Positions 1-11,570 of a DNA stretch of 48,695 nucleotides are shown piece after piece. Both the position numbers and the translations under genes were made by a program. A model generated the notes under the pieces. The model saw nothing but the letters and a program-made list of their open reading frames with translations. It did no database searches and was not told the origin of the DNA. Positions within the stretch are counted from its first letter, which is position 1. Each line of letters starts with the position of its first letter. Source of the DNA: Pelomyxa schiedti (taxonomy: Eukaryota > Protista > Evosea); assembly GCA_020536535.1 (NCBI GenBank), contig JAHLWZ010000681.1:1-48695 (forward strand). Reading direction: 5' to 3'.

Positions 1-499
1 CCACACCCGAGTTTTGCGCTTGCACTTGGGACTAGAGCATGTCTTGTCTATCGACGTCGCCTCCAACCACGTCTGGCCGTGGCTCATTTATCTACAGGCA
101 AATCGATGTGTTGCCTGGTTGGCGCGGCACCGCTTCCCCAAAAATTTTGATGTCTTGGCCAAGGTTTAGATGGAAAATAGCAGGATAGCCCTGATCGTCT
201 TAGGCGATGGGTGGAGCTAATTGAACTGCGTTGACAAAAAGACCAGAAACATCAAGCACCTACATGTGCTTCCTGTTTGATTTTTATGTCATTTTTTCGG
301 TAATTACTTCGCTGAACATGGTTTTTTGGGCACCAGTGTCATTCCTTTCCTTGCTTCCTTTTCAAATTAAATAATAAAAAAACCTCGCGACGAACACTTC
401 GAGATGGCACGTAGCAGAGCCCTATGACATTCCTCATCTAACGTGAGATCTTAGAGCAAGACGACACAGGCAACTCCTGCGGCACCCCCGGCTCCCCCG

Positions 500-1699
500 A
501 TGTTGGTGGAAATTCAATCGGCGTTTATGCCCCCAGCCGCTATCATTAAGGCGATTGAGTCTATTGGAATCTACAAAGTTTGCATCCCCGGTCTTTGGTT
601 TGTTAGAGAATGACAGTTTTTAGGCGAGGCAAAACTACCTCCGGATGTTCATATTGGCCTTCATGGCTGGTGTCTTTATAGCTATCGGTGGAATGACAAG
701 TATTACATTTGGAAAGGGCATCCCGAATTCTGATCCTGGTGCCCAGAAGTTCGCCTATGGGTATTCCAATGATGAAATGTCAAGTTCTCATTTACAACAG
801 AGCAGTATTTCCTGTTGGTCTGATTCTTGTCAGTCTGTGCGGCTCAGAGCTTATCACAGGCAATTTTGCTTGTCTGATTCCTGGCTTGTATAACAGGAAA
901 CTGGCGTGGTACGAGGTGTTGATCGCATGGTTTATTGTTTACTGTGGAAACTTTGTGGGCAGTCTTGCTATGGCTTACTTTTTGGCATATCAAACCGGCT
1001 TGTTCATAAAAGATCCTTGGTTGGCTTCCGTGCAAGCCATGGCCGAGACAAAAGTGAGCATGCGGTTTGGTCAGACATTTCTAAGTGCTATGGGGTGCAA
1101 TTTTCTTGTATGCCTGGCTATCTTTATGGTCACTGCGTCTAAGACAATAGTGTGCAAGGTGTTCGTTATCTGGTTCCCCATTATGGTACTTTCCTTTTAT
1201 GCTTCTTTTTTCCCGTAACAAGCCCGGCAGGCCTTCGCCACCATTGGATTTGAGCATTGTGTTGCAAATATGTTCCTCATTCCCTGTGGGATGCTTTATG
1301 GTGGAAATGTAACATTTGGGCAATTCATATCCTTATTATTCCCCTGCGTCATACCAATTTTCAGTTGCCTTAACTCTGAACCACATAGGTAAAAATATTG
1401 TTCCAGTCACATTGGGTAACGCTTTCGCTGCTATCTTCTTTGTGGCCACAATATACTGGTTCATATGGGGCATGAACCCCAGGACCACCCCAGCACCCCC
1501 CAAACCAGTCGTTACCGTTACTGAGGAACATCACAGCGATGACGACGGCGTAGAGTTGTCTGTCAGGCATCATCACCACCACCATCACCACCACAACAAG
1601 GAACACCACCGAAACCCACGACGCCACACTGACGGAGGGTCAGACCGCTCCTTCTCACGTTCCCCCTCCCCTTCTAACTCTGGGAGTGGCTCATCCTAA
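500..1699 (+). CDS. Formate/nitrite transporter (FNT family), 5 exons, His-rich C-terminal tail
   Basis: Spliced translation gives FILAFMAGVFIAIGG, AVFPVGLILVSLCGSELITGN, GNFVGS, AMGCNFLVCLA, GFEHCVANMF and KNIVPVTLGN, all hallmark FNT motifs. Three GT-AG introns plus one AT-AC intron restore the frame. Start ATG at 500 is approximate. Confidence 0.93.
1327..1384 (+). other. AT-AC U12-type (minor spliceosome) intron in the FNT gene
   Basis: 5' end ATATCCTTA; branch-like TTGCCTTAAC at 1365-1374; 3' end CCAC. Removing these 58 nt joins GQF|IGKNIVPVTLGN in frame. Confidence 0.85.
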
Positions 1700-1825
1700 T
1701 CCACCCGATCCCACACTTCCACCAAATTCACTACTACAATTACCAAACAACAAGCTGTGCTAAAATAACATTTTCTTTTACAAAGTACTATGGCGTTGTG
1801 AGTTATTTGGTTACAGTTGGTTTTT

Positions 1826-3029
1826 TCAGTGCATGTCCACAGTTACTCCTGCATTGGAATCAACAGGGGGTCCTGCGTTGGGCTCAGATTCCTCTTCTAC
1901 AGGAGGAACAAGTTTGGATGCAGAGAAGGTTTTTAGTGAGACCCCATTGATCTCAGCCCACTTTGAGAGTGTGTCCCAGTGAAAGGGTGTTATGTAGACA
2001 AGGGGTCGCTTGCTTATGAGAAGCTGTTCTGCTTCCTGTAAGGAATGACATACGCCGCTTTTAACAAGTGCGGCGGCTAACACCATGGCGCTGCGGCCTA
2101 CTCCATAACTAAGAGTGGGCGATGAGTGAGCTTGTTTTTGAAAAAAAAGCAAAGGTTCACACACCAGCAGTGCACGAGAACACCACGGCCAGCTTCTCGC
2201 TGGGCAATTACCCAGTCAACAGCAACGTCCAGTTGCGCCAGGGAGGGTGCTGTGCCGTCCCATGTTGGAATGCACAGAAAGTTCTCCCAGGGATGTAACT
2301 GTGGTAATTCGCATGTCATATCAAGAACGCTGCAAAAAGGTGCTTGGGATATGGAGGCACCTGGCTTACTGTGAGTTGCAAAAGGTTTATTGAAGTTGTA
2401 CCTGCTTTGCCAAGGAGGGGCTTTGGACAATGCAATACGGTATCAAATCTAACAAAAGCTGGGAAGCCACCGAGATAGTAACCGTCGTGAATCTCCGAAA
2501 TGACGGGAAAAGAAGGGCGTCTTATAAGACGAAAGCTATTTTGAAGAGATCAGCATAATCTCTAAAAAAAACCAAGACACTCACAAGAAGATGTAACCGA
2601 GGTGAATCATCATCCAGGGCCACCAAAACAAGGGAGCCCATAAAGGCATACTTCCATCCACCCTCTTCCTAAAACAAGAGTCAGAATCCAAAATACAGTG
2701 ATAATAGAAACTACATATTTGGAAAAAAAAAAAGGTAACTCCTACTGCTTACCCCATCACACTTGGCTTTTTGAAGTGCATTCCAAAGAGAACAAAGAAC
2801 CACACAATTGACCAGTGCGCCATCATCATCGAGGCCGCCATACGCAGGAAAGACACATACGAAAATGAAAAATACGACACCAACCCTAAACGCATGTTAT
2901 TCATTGTTGTTTCTTTCGGTTACGGAACAAAAAAAAAAAAATAATAATAATAATAAAAATACCAAAACCAATAGCGCCCAGGGCAACACCAGGCTCGTGC
3001 AAAAGTGCATAAAACGGAAGCTTCCCCAT
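1826..3029 (-). CDS. Membrane-anchored dual-specificity phosphatase (YnbD-like), multi-exon
   Basis: Spliced motifs GKRVDGSMPLW, YYLGGFP, VLDMTCELP, CIPTWDGTAP and catalytic HCCYGVGRS (HCx5R); hydrophobic N-terminal segments. Confidence 0.85.
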
Positions 3030-3367
3030 TACAGAGACTCGTTGTTTCCCCTCAACAACCACGTGTTTTTCTGATTTTTTGCAATTTACCACGATACAGA
3101 AACAATCATTTCGGCAGAATTACAACTGCTAAGAACGTAATTTGAGGAATTACAATTGATCAAGTCCTTGGTCTCCCTTGCTTTCAATCCGGCTTCATCG
3201 ATGGTGTCCCGCGTCTCCAGACCCCACCGCATTCAGTGGGTTCTTCGCGTCCGCAGTTATGGGGAAGGAGGTGCTGGGGAGATTGTATTACCATTGGTAC
3301 CCTGGATCTGGTATATCTTCGGAAAAAAAACAGAAATGTACATTTTTATTTTGGTTGTATCTTTTCT

Positions 3368-4797
3368 TCACCAACTGCTGACAATCCCAACACAGGACAC
3401 CATCCCGGCGGCTTCCAAATTTTGGTTCAGCAAGTTGTTGTATTTACCATTGCGCATGTATTCAAGCACTGAGGCCGTTCCCTGATCAGCATACGATGTA
3501 TGTGAGTATGTTGATATCAGTGCTAAATATCTCTTTGGTGATTCGTCAGTTCTTGAAACCGTGGTGCAGTTTGGTTGTTGTAGTTCAGACACTTTGAAAA
3601 ACAGCCGGCCGGGGACTTGCACAGTGTTGAAATAGTGGCGGAGATTGCTCATGCTCATTTGGGGTGTGTATTCGGCTGAGAACCAGACCAATCGCACAAC
3701 GACAGAGATTCCTTCCAGAAAGCCCCAATGTAATTAGTTGGTTACAAACTAATTGGGGAGTTTGTGGTTGGAATTTTACCTGCGGTTATTGTTGTGTAGG
3801 TTACTGACCCCTGCTGAGCTGGTAGTCGAAAAGGGGAGTGCTGATGATGTTGCTGTGGGTACTTTTGATTTTGATTTTGTTGTGGGCTATGTTTTGTAAG
3901 TTTGTTGTTATTGTTGTGGTTGTTGTTGCTGCTGCTGCTGCTGGTGTGGTTGTTACTGATGGGTGTGGTTCTCCATTGGCTGAATAGAGGAGAGGTATGG
4001 TTATTTTGAACAAGTGACAATGCCTCTGAGATTTGGGGTGAAACTATCAGAGCATCTATTTGATCGCAATTCGGAGTGGGTATGGGTATGGGTATGGGTA
4101 TGTTTTTGGGTAAAAATTCCGTGGGCTTTTTCCTCGAAATTCGTGATTGTATTTGAAAAGGTGTGCTCGAAACTATCAAGGTACATAGATCCACAATAAG
4201 CCACACTGATGCCGCGTTCATGTGCACTCTGATTTGAGTTCGTTTGTTCGTTGTTCTTTTGTAGTAGAAAGAGACGGAGCAATTGAAAACCTTGATGAAG
4301 TGCACATTCCCCTTATCTCGAATTTATATTCAGAAACAGGACTGTTATTGGGTAAAGGCGTAGGAGCCCGGTGTGTTGCAGTAACTTTGATTGGTTTTCC
4401 ATATTCACAAATTTTGCATGATATTTCTACTCTTTTTGAGCCATAAGGTATTGTTCAAAAGAATACCGTCTAATGTCTGCCAAGAGCAACATTTTGCCTG
4501 CACACAGCTAGCACAAACCTGCTCATGGGTAATTCCTTCACGTTCTCTCCAATCTTGGCGAAGGAGAAGAGTCATCTAGTAGTTTGCTGTGAGATTCCAC
4601 AACAGAAACAATGTAATGTGAGTGTTACAAAATGTCGTGCATGACAATTCTTCAAATTCGCATCGACACACCTCAGAAGTTGTACGTGAAGATATACGAG
4701 GGGGAACAATGAGGGAAGCTATCAAGGAGGTACCAAGCTGGTCAGGCGAAGTCCCCGTTGCGTCAGAACGCTCCAAGTGGTCCCTCAGATTGGACAT
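3368..4797 (-). CDS. Hypothetical protein, putative CudA-like/Ig-fold DNA-binding domain followed by N/Q/H low-complexity region
   Basis: Exons join via GT-AG introns: MSNLRDH...VCASCVQAK...FEIRGMCTSSR|VHMNAASVWLIVDL..VSSTPFQIQSRISRKK, a low-complexity tract, then GISVVVRLVWF. The 3' end is uncertain and the family is inferred from recalled motif similarity only. Confidence 0.5.
4078..4101 (+). repeat. (GGGTAT)4 tandem repeat
   Basis: Read directly; encodes IPIPIP in the minus-strand gene. Confidence 0.9.
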
Positions 4798-5204
4798 CCC
4801 TTTCCCTTTCTACACCACCAAGACCAACAGGCCTTTGTTTTTGTTTTGTTGTTTGTTAACTTTGCCTTTGTGTTCCTAGTTCGAAAAGGTTTTGTTATGG
4901 TCGTGATCGCAGCACAAAAGAAGAAAAAGGAAACGACGCACGAGGTTCACTCCGCTCGGATCCACGTGATGCGCTTCGGCAGGTTTCAATAACGAAAGTT
5001 ACTGAAAACAAAAAAGATTTACGAGATCCACGATATTCATTCCAGCTAAAAGAAACAAAATCAACACGTCCATTCCTCCTGTGTGATGTCTTTTTCAGTT
5101 CGTTTCATTCTGAGCTGCTCAATCTCTGAGAAGGTGACTCCTCAACAAACGATCAGACAGTCAAAGAGGAAAGATCGTGATTCTTTCTGATAAACAATTT
5201 ACTG

Positions 5205-6107
5205 ATGGCGTGCGAGGGGGCCGTAGTTTCGTGGACAAACCCACCACCAACATTCGAACCACCTCTTGTTAAAGTCGAACAGAGTGAAGCAACGAAAACA
5301 ATTGTACATTGTCCTTCTAGCCTTTTTTTTAACCTTTGTTATTCTTCTCGTTGCTTAGGCACATGAGATGCTCTTAACACTCATTTTTCTTAACTTATTA
5401 GACTTTGCGGAACCCCTTTACAGCTACTTCTGCTCCGGACACTGATTACTGGCAAAGGACACATTACGGGTTCCAGCATGACAATGGCCATTTTTTGCAC
5501 ACTCAACTAAACACTGCATATGTGAGTTCATAGTCCTAACATTACATGATTTCTTATGTTTTCCCTACCGCAGTATCATACGAAAATGCAGCTACATGTG
5601 TCTTGGACACCAAAACATCTTTACGACCAAGCGGGTTTGATGATCAGGGTATCAGCAGATTCGTGGATAAAAGTCTGTGTAAGTGAAGTCCAACGTTCTT
5701 ATCAAATGTCAACTCGTATCCCCCATTTTAGGTTGAAGCCGGCGGTGGAGAGGAGCCCACCAGGTTTCATTCTTTTTGGAAAAAATGTTGTTGCTATTGC
5801 TAACAGGTCCAACAGACTGGGCTGTGTTGTCACGCGAGATGGATTCTCTGACTGGTCAACGCAGGACTTTCCAGCCACCCAGAATGAGATAATGTTCCAG
5901 ATTGAGCGCGAAGGTTCCAGCTTTGTGATATCATGGGCAAAGCATCCAGCCACACCCACGGAACCACCAAAGTGGTTCCAATTGAGGGTTGCTCATCTCC
6001 CCATATCTCCCACTATTCCAGCCTTTTGTGGTCTGTTTTTGTGTGCCCCTAATCTCGCTCCTGGGTTCGCTGCACAATTTCATTCCTTCTCCATCTCAGA
6101 GTACTGA
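5205..6107 (+). CDS. DUF1349 / Ree1-like protein
   Basis: TDYWQRTHYGFQHDNGHF, YDQAGLMIR, WIK, RLGCVVTRDGFSDWS, QLRVAHL and GLFLCAP; GT-AG introns restore the frame. Confidence 0.85.
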
Positions 6108-6179
6108 GGAAACAACTAAATTGTTACGGCTTATCAAAAGCTTTAAATTTTCTTTTAATTTATCAGTTTCATTACTTCC

Positions 6180-6803
6180 ATGAACCAAGAGGAGGGCGGT
6201 TCGTACACAACTCGACCGCCGTTCGAAAAGAAGTTTGTTAGTGACGCACCAAATTGACTACTACTCAGCAGCTTACCTTGCTTGCACAGGTTCAGAAGTT
6301 CTGTCATTGGGCCAGTGCTGCAGGAGTATTTACGGGGAAAACTTACGGGTGCTGTGTACGACCCTGAGAGGACTCCCTCTCTCACAAAAGAAATTTCGGA
6401 TGACATAAAAAATATACTCAAAGGTATGGCGAAGATGTAATGCGGTGTGTGCATTGCTTTAAATACAGGCACATTAATAATATTCTAAATTATCCAACTT
6501 TTATTTTTTAAATTCTCGCAGGATACCCTAAATTGGAGAGGTATAAATATGTAGTTCAGGTCATTATTGGAGAGCAAAGAGGGGAAGGTGTTAAGTATGT
6601 CTGTTTCTATCACTACTGCACCTCAGTGAACATAATTTGCTAGGGTAGCCTGCCGATGCTTCTGGGACTCGGATACAGATGCGTATGCTAAAGAAACTTT
6701 CATAAATGTTGGCTCCCTCTTTTTTTTGGGTTCTTCTGTTAATAACTTCCTAAAGGATTCCATATTTTGTGTAGCCACGGCATATGGTGTATACTACTAC
6801 TAG
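6180..6803 (+). CDS. TCTEX1D2: Tctex1-family dynein light chain, TCTEX1D2/DYNLT2B-like (5 exons; not in the ORF track)
   Basis: Spliced: MNQEEGGSYTTRPPFEKKFRSSVI...ISDDIKNILK..ERYKYVVQVIIGEQRGEGVKVACRCFWDSDTDAYAKETFINDSIFCVATAYGVYYY*. The YKxVVQVxIGEQRGEG and RCFWD motifs are characteristic of TCTEX1D2. Confidence 0.92.
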
Positions 6804-7017
6804 TCTTGTACAAAAACAAAAAAACCTTGCAAAACAATTTCACACTGAAAACCAACGCTCGTATTATAACATTAGCACCAATTTTTCCAGCAAGTTTTGT
6901 TCTGTGATTTTACTGCAAGGTGGACAGTTGTCCAGACAACAAGAAAACCAAACAAACAAAATCCTCTTTTTTTGTCTCTTTTTTGTTTTGTGCAAAATTG
7001 CTATGTAAAGTACAGTT

Positions 7018-10000
7018 TTACATGTTGGCATGTGAAATAACTGCTTGTTGTATCTCAGCACTGAGAGTTTTCACGTTTCTCTTGATTTCTTCTGGGATTC
7101 CAGTAACCCCTCCAGTGATTAGGAGAGTAATATCGTTCACTGGTAACGGCATACAACGAACCGTTTGGTTTACCTGCACAAAAGTTACCTCAAGTAAATC
7201 ACGGAATTCAAACAACTCTAAGGCTTTGGTTAATTGCTGTCAAGCCCATTACTCCAGTCAAGTTATCATCCCAATAAATAGTGCTTAGTGCTGTATTCAA
7301 CTAATGAAAGCGTTACAACAGGAAAAAAAGAATAGGGCAACCTGTAATGTCTTGGAGAGGGCAATAGCGCCATTGTTTCCAAATTGGTGTCCAGAAATGT
7401 CAATTTCATTCATGGATTTATTGTGTGCCAGAGATTGAATAAAGGGAAGAATGTGCCTGCCTAACTGTTGTGTATTTTTGGGTCCTCCAGCCATTTTAAG
7501 AGCTGTTGGTTTTAAATGCGGGGAAAAAGGACTGTAAGGCATACTTTCAATTGGACAATCAGACGCGGCTAGTTTACACATCGCTTTTATCATTGCATCA
7601 CGCTTTGAAGCTTTACTGAAGCCAAACGATGAGTTGATGTTCAGGGAATTCAATGTTGTATTTATCAGAAGACCCTCAACAAGGAGCGTGATCCCATCAT
7701 CACCCTTTCAGAGAAAGTCAGATTTTACAAACTTTTGGACTAACCAGGTCGGAATCCGCAAGGTCAATGTGAGTGACACCAGTAAGCTTTGGTGCTAGGC
7801 AGAATTAGGAATTAGAATTGCCATTCCAATTAGCATTGTGTCTTACCAATTGTGTTCAAGAGCTGTGCGCCAGATATGGGAATTGAGTTGGTAGATACGT
7901 TGAGTTTCATACTTCCTTCTTTTGGGGTGGCTTGAAGAATATCCTACAAACTTAAGTTCTAAAAATATGGTGACAAGTATAAACCTGAAGAACGGCATGA
8001 GTACCAATAGATCCGCTAAGATTTAGCTCCGTCAAAGTTCCCATTAATTGTGTAATATTACTGGATTCTTCAATTTTGGACATCTTCACTGTAACATGTT
8101 GAAAACAAGAAGGACTATTAGCAGCTTACATGCACCAAGTTCTAATGTTGTCAGACTCCTGCATCCCTTGGCAATGGAAGAGAGTAGATTCATCAACTTT
8201 TGGCCTGTCACAGAGGTGTACCCAACATTCAAGTATTTCAAAGTGTGCTGTCCTGAGGCTAGCCATTGTGATATTTGTGTTATTGCGTCTCCAAACCGGT
8301 TATGGGAGATGTCAAGTTGGCATATATGACAAGAGCCCTTCATCTAAAATGTAACATTAGTTTCCAACCACTTTGGGGAGGGTTGTTAAACTTTAAAAGA
8401 ACTGAAAAGGGCAGTAGCAAAGCTAATCCACGCTTTGGTATTAGAGCAAATGTTCGACATATTCAGCGAGATGATTCCTTTGGGAGCTTGGGTTGAGACA
8501 AGGTACAGGCCCAATGCTGTGAGGGCTTTGTCTTCCAGGTAATTGTTATCACTGATATCGATTGACTCGATAATGCACTGAAGAACATTAGGCCATAAAA
8601 TTTCTAACATAAGAGACTTGTTGATTGTTGGCCATAGCTTCAAAAAGTGTAGTAAAGCCACGATCAGAGAGGGACACGTTAACAAGTGATAGAGATGTAA
8701 GTGTGTTATTGAGTCTTAACATTTCCGACAGTGCTCCAAGGGCTTTGTCAACCTTGGTATCTTTAATCACCAGTGATAAAAAGTAGGAATTGTGCCTAGG
8801 AAAACGTCACTACGACGCAAGCAAAGAGAGGAAAAACCATATGGCTTGCAAAATGGGAACAAGGTAAGATGTTGCTGTTGCCATTAGTGATGTAGCAACG
8901 ATATTTGTTGGTTCTTCCACTTCATCTATTGGGGGAATCATTTTCTAGAGTCCGTGTGGGGATGAATACCAGAAAAGAAACAAGAAATATCAAAGTTTCG
9001 ATTGTTGGAGTACAAGTTTTCAATGTCCCAACATAAAGACGAATTGACAGGCACATTATGATAATTGCACATTGCTTTGTATGTGCCAACAAAACCACCA
9101 CATATTGCAAGTCCAGGAGCGTCAATAGTCTCGATCCTTAAAGGGAATGAAAAAAAAAGGTTTGGTCCCAATTCTTTGCCTTGACACAGGAGTGATATTC
9201 AGCTTAAATCGGAATTCCTCTGGTATACCAGAGAAGTTATATAAGAAAGCTCGCCTGATACAAAAAATGATTTCATCAGCTTGATCAGTTTCTCCCGAAA
9301 TTTCAAAGCTTTTAAAGACAAGTTTAACCTAAAAAGGGACATATCAGAGCCACCGATACAAATATATACCTCTGTTGGAGTGTTACTGCTTAATTCGACA
9401 AGATCTAGGGAATGCCCCTCTTTCAGTAACTTGACAAATGTTAACAGAGATAAATATCAATGGAGGCAGAAAAACCTTGCCACCCTTCTTCATAGTGAAA
9501 ATTCTGTTCATACCAATGATAAGTATGATTTTCTTGACGACAGATTTGGTTTTAGATATCGTGAGCCATCCTATGTAGGAAGCTTCCTCCTGCCTCTGGG
9601 TAAGCATCTCCTTGACATGCTCTGATTTGTTTTAAAAAAAATCCCAGAGAAGAAAAGAAAGTACTTTGTTCAGCAGCAGCCAGTGTCGAAGCAAATGAAA
9701 CCTTGCTAGAATACGAACCTAGTGCATCTATTTTCTCCTCTAGTTCTATTACAGTTTGTTTCAGGAATCTTTGCTTAGAAAGATGCAGAGATACCTCTTC
9801 TGTCCACTGTAACGTGCGTAAGCAGTGCAACCTTATGCTGTGAAAGTAGCATATGCAAAAGATGCAAATCTTTTACACTTACAACACAGAGGTCTGAATC
9901 TAAAAGAAAGTGACTTCAGAGATTACGTTGTTTACTGCACACCAATGACAAGATTTGTTGATGTAGTTGAAGCAGCTGCTAGAATTTGTTTGAAATACCC

Positions 10001-11570
10001 GTGCAAGACAGGTGCCTTTTCCGTAATATAAGCATTTAGACATTGCATAAACGCCTCCTTTCCCTTGAATGTGTTACCATTCGAGAGGTTCTGTGTTCAA
10101 GTTAACAAGAAGTATAGGAGCATTGAGGTGAAAGTAAACCTGAAGCACTTTCGTTATGAGAATGAGATTTCTTCGAGTTTTTGGAGATGCAGCCTTTCCT
10201 TTTGGAAGAAGGCCATACTGCTCTGGTGAAAAAATCGGAGGGTTAAAGTATCTGTTTGGGTATATAAGTTCATTGTGTAGTACAACAAATGAGAAAACCG
10301 AAGCATGAGGAAACTGCCGACAATGGGGAGGAAGTTGATGTCCGGGTAATACTGCTTTGAAAGTTCGGAAAAGAACAGTGCAATTATCCTGGAACGCGGG
10401 AAAAGGGACTATTAGGAGACCATAGTACGATATGGGTCATTATTATACTTGATTCCTGGAGGCATTTTGTCGATGTTGGAGGTGGATGTGAGCTTGGTCA
10501 GGAAACTTTCAACTTTAGCAAGAAGAAGACTCTTATTTGTTTCAATCTCCTCTGGATTTTCGACCTTACTACAACGAGAAACATTGAGCACAGATAGCAA
10601 TAATAAAAACGGACCTAGGGTCAACTTCATAGGTAAGTTTCCTGTCAGTTATACAAATCTCGTGCAACGTGGGGCCAAGAATATCCGTAAGGTATTTGCT
10701 GCCAACTTTTCCTATGTACAAGTTGAATAATTGCAATGCCAATGTAGGTTTTTTCCTCACTCAGATAAGATTTAATGATTTTCGTGGCAATTGAATTTTC
10801 TCTGAATAAGGAACCAGGGTAGGATGCTGAATGCTGTTCAAATTCCGCTTGAATAAAATAACGAACAAAACTGTGAATTGTCGTTAGTATTTTTTGTGTT
10901 TGGTTAGGAGGAGAGCAGGGATTACGGCAAGGTAGTGGAACGAGCAAACGTCATTGTTAACAAAGAATCTGCAATGTCTTCCCATTGATCTTTATTTTCG
11001 CACAAGTTGAAAAATTGAGGCAGAACGCTTTTTGAGAAACAGGTTAATTACTTCGTAGTATATTTTGACCCATAAGCGTCCTCCCCTCTCAACCCCAAAC
11101 ATTCCCAAAAAAAAAAAACCCACAGGCTCAAACAGGCCCCCACAACAACACGAACAATCCCATAACACACTCCCACTCATCACACGCGCACACCTAGGAC
11201 ACTTTGTGATGAAAAAGTGGAAGATGTCCTGCAGCAAGTCGCTCTCCCTGGGGCTGTACATCAAGTTGCCCTGCTGTTGCTTGTCCACCGTGGTGTCCGG
11301 CACCGTCGACGTCCTCGTCGGCTGGTAGAACACCACCGTGCGTCTCTTGTGGCTCCTCTCCTCCGCGTACGCCGTCGTCCCGCTCGGCGTCGCTGCTGCT
11401 GCCGCCGTTGCCGTCGCCGTCGCCGTGGCTGCGGCTGCTGCTGCTGTCGAGGAGGACGACGACGAAGTGGAAAGGGCCGATGAGGACGGCGACGAAGACG
11501 CCGAGGAGGAGGACGATGTGGGCTGCTGCGTGGTGGTAGATCCAAGGACCGAGGCTGAGGGACTGGACAT
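7018..11570 (-). CDS. RasGAP domain fused to CARMIL-type PH domain and leucine-rich repeats (>20 exons)
   Basis: RasGAP: SLFRENSIATK, LMLR|YFNPPIFSPE, RRNLILITKVLQ|NLSN. PH: KKIILIIGMNRIF. CARMIL linker: CGGFVGTYKAMCNY..LCWDIENLY. LRRs: LTSLSL, IDISDN, LDISHNRFG, IDISGHQFGNNGAIAL, and MPLPVNDI at the end. One junction between GAP and PH is ambiguous. Confidence 0.82.

Noticed and set aside
4001-4282. Alternative minus-strand frame with HTHTHTH (possible metal-binding motif)
   Set aside because: The other frame connects to both flanking exons via GT-AG sites; this one stops at 4001.
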